In this document: one piece after another, positions 41,239 through 50,358 of the stretch
Layout of the letters: each line of letters opens with the position of its first letter
Numbering within the stretch: position 1 is the first letter of the stretch
Source of the DNA: a virus
Virus record (IMG/VR): IMGVR_UViG_3300045117_000026
Coordinates: 1-64,000 of that record
Reading direction: 5' to 3' (one strand)
Length of the DNA: 64,000 bases
The notes under the pieces: generated by a model
The model's database searches: none
Seen by the model: only the letters and a program-made list of their open reading frames with translations
What the model was told of the DNA's origin: nothing
Translations under genes and position numbers: made by a program

Positions 41239-41814
41239 TTACGGACAAGAAGCTCTTGGTGACTCGTGTACATCTTTATAAGTGTCAACATATATATCAG
41301 GTATAGTTCCTGCGATCATACCTGCCGCTACAAGAACCGGGGAGTACGACCAAGCCGGTACAAAGTATTGTGTCTCTTCTCCAGAGTTGTTAGTGATAGC
41401 GAAGTAACATCCTTTGTAACTAATCTCCGCATAATTTGCTCCTAGTCCCGAGGCCCAGTCGGAGCATGCGACCCGTTCGGAAGGACTTTTAATACCGCAC
41501 GTTACAATCCACTGTGGTTGCTCGCAAGAATAAACAGGTGCGCTTGTGGTCCTAATATTCAATTTACAATCGGGTCTAATGGACAGTATCATTCTCCTTA
41601 CTGCTTCTACCTTATAGGCGCCAACCTGATGGGGCAAAAGAGCTAACATAAGTTCCTCGTTGGTTTTGCTCTCGACCCTGGCAGGATCAATCAGCGTAAT
41701 GGTTTTGATACCAGATGTCGCCAACAACAGGGACTCCAATATACCAATGGAGCCAAGTCCGACTACAATGACATGGTCATCCAATGGATTATGCTGTTTA
41801 ATACCTTCATCCAT
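41239..41814 (-). CDS. degenerate E1/ThiF paralog
   Basis: GLGSIG, IDP..VE, QVG.YKVEA; lacks SNLNR and DxxD. Confidence 0.7.
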   Translation of the reverse strand: MDEGIKQHNPLDDHVIVVGLGSIGILESLLLATSGIKTITLIDPARVESKTNEELMLALLPHQVGAYKVEAVRRMILSIRPDCKLNIRTTSAPVYSCEQPQWIVTCGIKSPSERVACSDWASGLGANYAEISYKGCYFAITNNSGEETQYFVPAWSYSPVLVAAGMIAGTIPDIYVDTYKDVHESPRASCP

Positions 41815-42215
41815 TAGCCTGACATCTCCTTAACATCCTTGATTGCGACCTTTATCATCCTATGCTCCTGCTCCAGCGTCTCCCTGTACTCGAAGCTCTT
41901 AAGGACAATAATCTGATAAGCCGCTTCCATCTCTACCCGTGGTGGGTTCAAGTAGGAGTACTTGGCAAGTTCCCAACATAGGTCGGTAATGTCTTCCTCG
42001 ACCCCACAGGATGCGCACTTGTAATATATAAAACCGCCGTTGAAGCGGAGCATTGGGACACCACCTTTCGGATTTGCGGTTAAAGTATCGGATTCACCAC
42101 AGACAATCGTCCCGTGTATTTGAATAGGAATACGGATAGCGCACATGTTCTATTCTTACCCCTTGGAAGTTGGAAATGTGGGGCCCGGGGACGGCATACC
42201 CGGGCCCCTATAACC

Positions 42216-43328
42216 TTAAGGAAGCCGGAGCTTGTGGCGTCGCTCCATCGTGGAAAAGGCTTCCAGGCGCTCGCGCTCGGCTATGAAGCACTCCTGCGCC
42301 CTCATCCCCTGCTCCACGGATATGCGGGTCGTGTCCCTCTCGATCTCGTCCCTATCGGGACATAGTCTTGATACCAAGTCCTCTATCTGCTGGTAGCGCT
42401 CCTGGGCTTCCCGCTTCTCTACCAACTTCAGCATGAGTGCGTGGTCACGGTACACTTCCCTCTTCGCAGCCACCACAATGGTAAGCACCATGTCAGGCGG
42501 CACCTTGTGCCACCTTGGTTTGTACCGCTTCATCGCCACCTGTAGGGTGATGGGGTCCTTGCGGTACTTCCACCAGTATTCCATTCCCCCGTAGTGATGG
42601 GGACAATCGGCGGCTTCTTTGGAATAGACGCAGTTGGTACAAGTCTGTTTAACCGCTGTACCTGGCTTCTTCGGGTTGTATACCAGAGTCCGCATTAACT
42701 GCGCCTGACGGAGCAATGACCTGTCGGGCTTGCACCGCCATAAGCCGGAATGTTGTTCGTAGGTGAAAGGTGGTCGCTCATAAGTGCCGCACCTTTCGGT
42801 AATGATGTCATTACGGATGTTGAACTTGTGGATGTAATTGGCTAGGGGATGCTCCATGCTATCCCAGTGGTCACACCCCTTGCGAGTGGTACACTGCGGG
42901 CACCGGCATCCCACAACCCGTGGGTAGCCATTCCCGTCACATAACGCTGGCACATTCAACCCTGGATAGACAACGGTGTCTTCACCAGCGGTAAAGTCCC
43001 AGCCGAATGCAGTTACCTTGCCGGTGTCATGGTCATGCGGAGGCTGCCGCTTGGGACAGACCTCAGCGGCGATGCACCTCAGATTTTCACTCGGTCGGTA
43101 ACACTTCAAATGTACTGCAGAGAGCGGCATCCATCGGGGCTTCTTCCGTTCCTCCTCTTGGAGACGGAGATATTCCTCGAACGCCGCATTCCGTTCAGCC
43201 GTCGGTAACGAGTTGATCTCCTTGAGGGTACGGCGCTTGGTAACTTGCGCCGTACCTTTCAAGGACTTCCGGCGGACAGAGGGTGCTCTCGTGATCGTAC
43301 CGTCGAGGTTAATAAGCACCCTACCCAT
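42216..43328 (-). CDS. Cys/His-rich early protein with N-terminal LDG motif
   Basis: 370 aa; starts MGRVLINLDGTIT. Confidence 0.65.
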   Translation of the reverse strand: MGRVLINLDGTITRAPSVRRKSLKGTAQVTKRRTLKEINSLPTAERNAAFEEYLRLQEEERKKPRWMPLSAVHLKCYRPSENLRCIAAEVCPKRQPPHDHDTGKVTAFGWDFTAGEDTVVYPGLNVPALCDGNGYPRVVGCRCPQCTTRKGCDHWDSMEHPLANYIHKFNIRNDIITERCGTYERPPFTYEQHSGLWRCKPDRSLLRQAQLMRTLVYNPKKPGTAVKQTCTNCVYSKEAADCPHHYGGMEYWWKYRKDPITLQVAMKRYKPRWHKVPPDMVLTIVVAAKREVYRDHALMLKLVEKREAQERYQQIEDLVSRLCPDRDEIERDTTRISVEQGMRAQECFIAERERLEAFSTMERRHKLRLP

Positions 43329-43331
43329 TGA

Positions 43332-43640
43332 CTAGTTTCCTGCCGGTGCAGTTTCGATGGTTGCCGGGACTTCGGTGACCTTGGCAGCGACCTTCTTGGG
43401 ACGGGGAGTAGCCTTCTTCCCCGGACGAGCCAGGAGATTGGAGGCGATTTTGACGCAGTAATCAAGGATGGCGGAATCGGGGGCGTTGGTGAAGCGCTTC
43501 TGGAGGCGATCCCATGCCTTGAGTCCCTCATCGGACAGGGTCGTGCTCTTGCGACCGGGGTACTTGACCTCACCGTTGCCAGAGGCGCCGCCGGTGATGG
43601 TCCCATCGAGTTTGATTTCCACCTTGGAACGAGTAGACAT
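43332..43640 (-). CDS. RHH-like protein with LDG motif and basic tail
   Basis: IKLDGTITG; STTLSDE..helix..AILDYCV; first gene after promoter. Confidence 0.6.
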   Translation of the reverse strand: MSTRSKVEIKLDGTITGGASGNGEVKYPGRKSTTLSDEGLKAWDRLQKRFTNAPDSAILDYCVKIASNLLARPGKKATPRPKKVAAKVTEVPATIETAPAGN

Positions 43641-43780
43641 CTTGGGTCTCCTTTCCTATTTGGTGCCACACCCGGTAAGCGTATGCTCCTCGCTGGTGTA
43701 GTCACCTGTCAGGTGCTTGCGGAGCTTTTGGTCTATCGACCCCTCGACCCCACGCTCCGCCCTGCCTCCCTGACAGTGAT

Positions 43781-43809
43781 ATTCTAGCATAGCCAGACTA
43801 GGCAGTCAA
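43781..43809 (-). promoter_or_regulatory. sigma70-type early promoter
   Basis: TTGACT-17-TAGAAT with extended TG; same hexamers as 15118-15146. Confidence 0.8.
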
Positions 43810-43867
43810 GTCGGTACTGTGGGTGAACTGGGTGCTGTGGGAGGCCAGGGTGCTGACTACCGGCTGA

Positions 43868-44560
43868 GTATATACCCACAGAGTATATACCCGCGTGGTA
43901 TATACCCCCCTGATAGCCCACTGACTCAGGTGGCATAGGTGGGCAGTACCCGGCCGGAGGAAGCCCCGCAAACACGCAAAATCCTTTCAGGAAGGGGCAT
44001 CCTTGGGGGTGGCAAGGGAATCAGTCACCCAGGTGGAAATGGACACCAAATAGGGGCATTGCACAACGTTTTCCTCGTGGGCGTTTAAGGGGCCGTAGGT
44101 GGACAAGGTATATACCCACGTTGGTGCTGGCACCTCGATTTGCGTTTAATAGGCCGGGTATATACCCAAACGGCACCCCCACCATCTCAGGTATATACCC
44201 GCGTTAGGTATATACCCAAACGAGTGGGCTATTAGGCTTGGTATATTCCCCTGTCTCTATCTTTGTACTGCACCTAGTACTATATCTAGTATTATATATT
44301 ATATTATATATTATATATATATATATATATTATATAGTGCACAGGGGGGTGGGGATGATATTGCTTATAGAGAGCAATATCATATGGGGTGGGGCTGTAG
44401 TATGCACATGTAATTAACATGCACTTAATAGACCCCACCCACTGTGCTCTTTATAAGCACAGTACCCCACCCCCCATTGTTGTGCAATATGGACTAAGAC
44501 CTATATATGGACCAAGACCTATGTAGGTGCTGTAGGTATATACCGTCTTAATAGCCCACT
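43868..44560. repeat. GTATATACCC repeat cluster, AT-rich core and nested inverted repeat
   Basis: 7 exact GTATATACCC; (TA)n about 44280-44335; imperfect palindrome centred near 44412. Confidence 0.85.
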
Positions 44561-44646
44561 GAAAATGGTAGTGGACACCAACTACACCTATATGACCATA
44601 TGCACCATGGTACGTCTGCCTGGTGTTCGGCTTGCCTCAGTAATAG

Positions 44647-44675
44647 TTGACAAGGCATAGCCGATATGATAGACT
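44647..44675 (+). promoter_or_regulatory. sigma70-type early promoter (divergent)
   Basis: TTGACA-17-TAGACT with extended TG. Confidence 0.8.
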
Positions 44676-44850
44676 ATTTACAGTCAGACGACAGACGTTT
44701 GACAGGAAAGGAGAAAGGGTATCATGGGTGACACGGGGTGTAGGTCTTTCGGACGTCAAGTGCGACTCTCACACACCGATGGCTACACGGCTAGAGTACA
44801 ACGATGTCTCGAGGACTTACATCGCAAGGTAAGGCAAGTGAGGAGCTAGG

Positions 44851-45066
44851 GTGAATTACTTCGTCAACAAGAACCAAACACCTGAAGAGAGGAGAGCCAA
44901 GTATGCTCTCCTCCGCTCCCACGGATTTAGCCCCATGAGGGCAAGGAGAATGAGAGACTGCACAATGTCCACGATAAGGAGTTTCGTCAGCTCCGGGTTC
45001 ACCGATAATTGCTTCGGTAGACCCACGACACACATCTCACTCGATGGTATAGTAACGAAATATTAA
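44851..45066 (+). CDS. small basic protein with C-terminal ISLDGIVT motif
   Basis: GAGGAG SD, GTG start. Confidence 0.6.
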   Translation: MNYFVNKNQTPEERRAKYALLRSHGFSPMRARRMRDCTMSTIRSFVSSGFTDNCFGRPTTHISLDGIVTKY

Positions 45067-45264
45067 GGAGACGGCAGTGGACCCAATTGTACAACTAATA
45101 GAGGCTATCGCCAGGGACATCACCGTAAGGGATGAGAATGGCAACCCTACACTCGCTACTGACTCCGACAGGGAACTAGGGATTCTCGGAATACTGGCTG
45201 CTTACTCCATTGGTGAAGAGGCTGTCACCAATATCCTGGGGAAATAAATATAAAGGAGAACGAA

Positions 45265-45594
45265 GTGAAAGGACTTATCAAGCACCACGAAGTCGCAGTC
45301 TCCGAACTCCCGATGTGCGACATCTGTAAGAAACAGGTAGCCGCCTACGATGCCAAGATGAAAGCGGGGCCGTGGGCCTACATGTGCGAGAGCTGCTTCG
45401 GCTCTCACGGGATCAGCACCGGGCTGGGGCTGGGACAGCGACTCATCTGGTGCGAACCAGTGAACCTGCCCGCCACCGCTCCAGTGCCCTCTGTACCACT
45501 TCACGTCGGCACCAACAAGGTGGTGCTCTTCGGCACACCGCTCAATGTGAAAGTGGGAGTCAAGGGGCAAGTCACCAAAATCCAAGTCATCTAG
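45265..45594 (+). CDS. Zn-finger phage protein
   Basis: CDIC...YDAK...GPWA.MC..C...GLG.GQ. Confidence 0.7.
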   Translation: MKGLIKHHEVAVSELPMCDICKKQVAAYDAKMKAGPWAYMCESCFGSHGISTGLGLGQRLIWCEPVNLPATAPVPSVPLHVGTNKVVLFGTPLNVKVGVKGQVTKIQVI

Positions 45595-45607
45595 ACCACT
45601 GACCAAA

Positions 45608-45647
45608 GGGGGCCGGGGCCTTTCTCCCCGGCCCCCTTTTCTTTTTG
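45608..45647 (+). terminator. intrinsic terminator
   Basis: GGGGGCCGGGG/CCCCGGCCCCC stem plus T-tract. Confidence 0.85.
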
Positions 45648-45659
45648 TCCGCAGTTAAA

Positions 45660-45940
45660 TACCCGGTATGTATATACCCATAGGTATACTTGGAGCAAGC
45701 TCCACTAGCCAAAGGCGATTCAAGAGGTGGTGCACATGGATAATACCCATACCGCAGGTGCTTGCCCCGTTTGCGTTTAATAGGACGGATGGTATATACC
45801 CATTGGTATACACGGAATATACCTATTGGCGTTTAAGAGGACGGTACGGATGGTATATACCCACGACGTGGGAGCGCTCAAGATTGCGTTTAAGAGGACG
45901 GTATATACCCATAGGTACGTATACGTGGGAATATACCCAC
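45660..45940. repeat. second GTATATACCC cluster with GCGTTTAA(G/T)AGGACGG units
   Basis: 4 exact GTATATACCC; three GCGTTTAA(G/T)AGGACGG about 57 bp apart. Confidence 0.85.
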
Positions 45941-45960
45941 GACAGCCTGGAGGGGGCCAC

Positions 45961-45993
45961 AAAAAAAAGAGGCTGTCTTGCGACAGCCTCTTT
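45961..45993 (-). terminator. intrinsic terminator
   Basis: AAAGAGGCTGTC/GACAGCCTCTTT stem plus T8 on - strand. Confidence 0.85.
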
Positions 45994-46013
45994 CACTGTG
46001 TTGCTACTCTGGC

Positions 46014-46295
46014 TTATGGCATCGGTAGTAAGTCTCGATCGCCTTTGCCTTCGACGATATCGTGTCTGCCTGAAGCCGTCATGTCGCCATACAGCCGACT
46101 TCGCCAAAATTGGCAGCCGGCTTTTTTATTTAGCAAGCCAAAGCTTTTCAATATCTTGGCTTGCTTCTGCCTGCCTTTTCTATCAAGACTTTTATACTTC
46201 AAGTCTTGACACGGCTTGGCAGCCGGACACACTAAACACTTGTAGTTGCCACGTGTGACTACGCCGTCGCTGATGCCTGATAAAATCTCTGCCAT
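46014..46295 (-). CDS. small Cys-containing early protein
   Basis: CLVCP....C...C; GAAAGAGG SD. Confidence 0.6.
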   Translation of the reverse strand: MAEILSGISDGVVTRGNYKCLVCPAAKPCQDLKYKSLDRKGRQKQAKILKSFGLLNKKAGCQFWRSRLYGDMTASGRHDIVEGKGDRDLLPMP

Positions 46296-46560
46296 ACTTT
46301 TGCCTCTTTCGTTTCATATTTGGCAGTTTATACGATACTGCCAAACGTCTTGATTATGATAACTTTGCTTTTAACTCTGCCAATGTAGCGTTTTTTGCCT
46401 TGAGTATCTTTTTGACGTCTGCCATCTTGCCTATGATTTTGACAATCAACATCGCTGCCTCTTCTCTTATGTATTGGCAGTTCTACGCTACTGCCAAACG
46501 GCTGAGATGTATTTAGCAGACTATTTGCTTACTCGCCGTCTGCCATGGCGATTTTCGTCT

Positions 46561-47022
46561 CTAGACTTTCGCCTCTTCTGCTTCAGCCTTCGCCGTAGCT
46601 GTTTTCTTCGTCTCTGCCTTTGCCTTTGCCTCTGCCTTTGCCTTTGCCTTTGCTGTAGCCTTGGCAGTAGCTTCAGCCTTTGACTTGATTTCGCTTCTGA
46701 GTTCAGCAATTTCATCAGCAAACGTAGTCACTGATGCAGCCTCAAGCCTTGCTATGGCTGCTTGAATAGCTGCCTTGCGATGCGATGACGTGTTATAGCC
46801 AGACTTGACAGCAGTGTACATCACGCAATAGTTCATCACCATTGTCATTGATACCTCATCGCCTTTATTCTTCGCCTGTAGCCATAAGCGAACGAACATC
46901 AAGAATGCTAAGTAAAGTGGCTGTATGAAGTAATGAAGAGTATTTCTCTTCACTTGAACACCGCCGGCGTCTTTGCTTCTAGCGCCGCTGATTTTGCCAT
47001 CTAGAGAGATTATTGTTTTCAT
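46561..47022 (-). CDS. RHH-like protein with LDG motif and histone-like AK tail; paralog of 43332
   Basis: IISLDGKISG, QVK, NYCV, (AK)n tail. Confidence 0.65.
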   Translation of the reverse strand: MKTIISLDGKISGARSKDAGGVQVKRNTLHYFIQPLYLAFLMFVRLWLQAKNKGDEVSMTMVMNYCVMYTAVKSGYNTSSHRKAAIQAAIARLEAASVTTFADEIAELRSEIKSKAEATAKATAKAKAKAEAKAKAETKKTATAKAEAEEAKV

Positions 47023-47274
47023 TTTAGTAGCCTTTTCTACTTTAACAGTTAGGCGTTTAATATTTCGTCTAACTCTATCATTCTAGGCTTCAACATCTAA
47101 GCTTTAATGATAGTGATTGCCTGTCTAGCTTTGAATTTGCCTGTTTATAGCCTCCTGACTATTGACGCCGGCTAATAGCCGGCTGATTAGCATAAGCTAA
47201 TCAAGGCAATCATTGAAACTGTATTAAATTGTTAACTGTTTTCGTATCGTCGTGACATACGAAAGTATGTCACT

Positions 47275-47303
47275 ATAATATATTTCAACATTTGATATGT
47301 TAA
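47275..47303 (-). promoter_or_regulatory. putative sigma70 promoter
   Basis: TTAACA-17-TATTAT upstream of hairpin-rich leader. Confidence 0.5.
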
Positions 47304-47769
47304 TACGTGTAACCACTACACTTTTACGAATGAGCTTTATAGGTATCCTTACATGGTTAAAGCCAGGTGTATGGGGGATTCCCTCTCGTCCAATTTGCGT
47401 CGGGCCAGTGGAATTTGGGCAATTCTACTTATGGTGATTGAGCGAAGTGGACGGTGGCGGATGGTGGTGGGGATGATAGAGTAGCCGCATAGGAGGGCGA
47501 ATTCGATGAAGAACATAACTCGGGCGAAATATATAACCAAGGTAAAATACATTGCGATTGCGTTGCTAGGGGCGATTTTGGCGCCTGTTTTGCTGTGGGT
47601 GGCACTCGGGGTCGCCTTGCATATCAGGTGCCGTAAAAACAGCCCCAGACAACGATTTAGCGAGATACTACAAAAGGTCGGCACTTGTTGATAACTACCG
47701 ACAATTTGTATGGCCCTTGACACGGGGTCTTCGCTCTGTTAAAACTATATATTAGAGGACGACCCGAAT

Positions 47770-49338
47770 ATGACAAAAAATCCGACAATGTTGCCCACCC
47801 CGGAGATAGAACTCCTCAATGAGCTAGAGGGGCAACTCAACCGCCCCGAGAGCAAGGAAGCCAAGAGAGCCAAGAGCGACTTCGGGTATTTTATTTCCAA
47901 GATATTCCCCGCATGGAAACTCAAGCCCTTCCACAGGGAAGCCATCAGGTTACTGGAATCCACGAACTCCGAAGATGAGAGATTGCTGTTCCTCTGGCCC
48001 CGTGGATTCGGCAAGTCGTCACTCACCTCGGTCGCCTACCCGCTATGGAGAATCGCCAAGAACCGCGATGTCAGGGTAGTTATTGCCACCAATATCCAGA
48101 GGCTCGGTATGGAGTGGCTCCGCGAGATGGAAGACATCATGATGAAGAACTTCATCTACCGGGATTGGTTCGGCAACATGGTCCCAGAACCGCGGACGCT
48201 TACCTGGACCGATACTGAAAAGATTGTTCTAGGACGGACGCCGATGGCAACCCATACCACTTTGTATACCATCGCTGTCGGCGGGTCAGCTCTTGGCAAG
48301 CGTGCCGATGTATTGATAGTTGATGACATAATGGAGCCGGAAGAGGGTATCATGACGTCGCTGATGGCGAATAAGGTCAATGAATGGTTCTGGAAGGTCC
48401 TCTACCCCGTATGCGAACCCGGCAGCAAGAAGATAGTCATCGGGACACGGTTTGGAGACGGTGACCTTTATGGTCGCCTTGTTGACAGGCGATGGAACAC
48501 CTTCCGGATACCGGCGCTTGACGAGCATGGCGAGTCAACCTTCCCTGAAAGATTCTCCACCAAGGAACTACACTCCCGCCGAGAGGATATGGGTACCACT
48601 ATTTTCAATCTTCAATATATGAACGATATCGGTGGTCTGATAGGGAACATGCTCAAGAGCGATTGGCTCCACTATTATTTCGAGACCCCGCCGCTTAGAG
48701 AGATGACCGTTATGATGGCGGTTGACCCACAGGCGTTCGACAAAGTAAAGGTCAAAGACGGTACGGACCCGGACTATTTCATTATCATGGTTGGCGGATA
48801 CTATGCCAAGATAAGAACACTTTATCTACTTGACATGATCCGCACCAGAGCAACACCCATGCGACAACTTGAACTTATCAAGACACAACTTGATAAATGG
48901 CATCCGGCGGTGACAGGCATTGAAAGCAATGCGTCCCAGGTCTTTGTTGCCGAGATGGTACAAAAGACAACCAATCTCCCAATCAAGAAAGTGCCGTCCG
49001 TTACCAGCAAGGAACTTCGCTTCATGAGTATGTCGGCACTGTTTGAGGCCGGCCGGATATTGATTCCCGGTACCAAGGACGCCGATACCGTCATGCCAAG
49101 AGAGGAGTTCAAGGCATTCAAAGATGAGTGGGCTTTGTTCCCCAACGGGAAACATGATGACACGCTCGACGCTGCTTCCATTCTTGCCAGGATGCTGCCG
49201 AACGCTTCACCAAAAGCAGCCGTTGGCTCGCTTGATGTCAAGGACGATAAACCGCAACAGTTTATGACGAGGCCTATAGTCAAAATGTTCGACAGGACAA
49301 TTGGGCCAAATCGTGTTAATATACTTAGGAGAATGTAA
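47770..49338 (+). CDS. terL: terminase large subunit
   Basis: PRGFGKS Walker A, IVDD Walker B, AVDP, HDD.LDA nuclease motifs. Confidence 0.95.
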   Translation: MTKNPTMLPTPEIELLNELEGQLNRPESKEAKRAKSDFGYFISKIFPAWKLKPFHREAIRLLESTNSEDERLLFLWPRGFGKSSLTSVAYPLWRIAKNRDVRVVIATNIQRLGMEWLREMEDIMMKNFIYRDWFGNMVPEPRTLTWTDTEKIVLGRTPMATHTTLYTIAVGGSALGKRADVLIVDDIMEPEEGIMTSLMANKVNEWFWKVLYPVCEPGSKKIVIGTRFGDGDLYGRLVDRRWNTFRIPALDEHGESTFPERFSTKELHSRREDMGTTIFNLQYMNDIGGLIGNMLKSDWLHYYFETPPLREMTVMMAVDPQAFDKVKVKDGTDPDYFIIMVGGYYAKIRTLYLLDMIRTRATPMRQLELIKTQLDKWHPAVTGIESNASQVFVAEMVQKTTNLPIKKVPSVTSKELRFMSMSALFEAGRILIPGTKDADTVMPREEFKAFKDEWALFPNGKHDDTLDAASILARMLPNASPKAAVGSLDVKDDKPQQFMTRPIVKMFDRTIGPNRVNILRRM

Positions 49339-50006
49339 TGAGCAACTGGGCAGGCAAAGAAAGACCTATATGTGGCGCGAAGACCCGCACCGGCGAGCCT
49401 TGTAAGAAGACAGCCGGTCAGGGCACGCCTTTCTTTGGTAAAGAAGGATATAGGTGCAGCAATCACGGGGGCCTCTCGCCAAAGGCGATGACCGCTGCCG
49501 ACGAAACAACCGCGAGAGGGCTGACATTCGATACCCTGGACCAGGCTCTGGCAAAGCGGATTGAGGACTTTGCCAACGACCCAAACATTCTTGACTTAAA
49601 AAGGGAAATAGGTCTCTGCCGAGCACAGCTTGAGAACCTTGCTACGAGTGGCGATAAGGCAATCGAAACCGCCGCCATAGTATCCAGCCTGTCCAGTACC
49701 ATCGGTAGGCTGGTGGTCCGAGTGCACAAGATGGAGATGGATAGGCAGGGGTTGGTGCAGGTTTCATTGGTGCGAATCCTTATTGACTCCTGGCGAAGAG
49801 CAATACTTGAGACGTTGCCGGATGCCGATGTCAGGAACATGCTTATCGCAAGAATGCTCGACCTTAGCAAGTCCAAAATGGCTGTAATATTAAGCGGAGA
49901 CGTAAGGAGACAAGGTGTTATCACTAAGAACTCTACTGATTCGGTGGTTGCTAAAGGACTCACAACTGGAGAAGGTAATAACTTCACGAGTCCGGACGGC
50001 AGTTAA
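49338..50006 (+). CDS. HGGxSTG-like Zn-domain protein, possible terminase small subunit
   Basis: CGAKTRTGEPC...C..HGGLS plus helical domain. Confidence 0.6.
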   Translation: MSNWAGKERPICGAKTRTGEPCKKTAGQGTPFFGKEGYRCSNHGGLSPKAMTAADETTARGLTFDTLDQALAKRIEDFANDPNILDLKREIGLCRAQLENLATSGDKAIETAAIVSSLSSTIGRLVVRVHKMEMDRQGLVQVSLVRILIDSWRRAILETLPDADVRNMLIARMLDLSKSKMAVILSGDVRRQGVITKNSTDSVVAKGLTTGEGNNFTSPDGS

Positions 50007-50358
50007 CAACAAAATTGAAAGCATCCTGGACGCCCGAGATGTCAAAGGCTCCAAGTCCAACGAACTAGTAACGGTGCCGGATGCCGAGTTTACTATCGTT
50101 GAGGTTAACGAGCCGTGTAGCATATGGGGCTTCATGGATTTATCCGGTCTTGCTAACGGGGATAAGGTAGAAGTGAGTTTGGATATGAAACTGAATACAG
50201 CTTCCGAGTTCAAACTCAACAGGGTTATCGCCTTTAGCGGGCCGATTGTAGACCCGCTTGTCAACTTCCCCGTATTCGAGACTGAGTCAGCTAGGGTCAG
50301 GATCAAGCAGGTCTCAGGGCAACAGCGCAAGATTAAGTACCACTTTAAGTGGAGGTAA
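49915..50358 (+). CDS. hypothetical beta-rich virion-associated protein
   Basis: Between TerL module and portal. Confidence 0.5.
   Translation: MLSLRTLLIRWLLKDSQLEKVITSRVRTAVNNKIESILDARDVKGSKSNELVTVPDAEFTIVEVNEPCSIWGFMDLSGLANGDKVEVSLDMKLNTASEFKLNRVIAFSGPIVDPLVNFPVFETESARVRIKQVSGQQRKIKYHFKWR

Noticed and set aside
43868-45940. CRISPR array
   Set aside because: Repeats are 10-16 bp with irregular spacing and no uniform spacers; the only Cas4-like gene is a solo phage nuclease.
45668-46258. 196 aa + strand ORF and overlapping ORFs
   Set aside because: Translations of the repeat cluster (YIP/YTH); they cross terminators and lie antisense to a better gene.
46474-46721. LCLCLC and QRQRQR low-complexity ORFs
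   Set aside because: Alternative frames of the AK-repeat tail of ORF46561.
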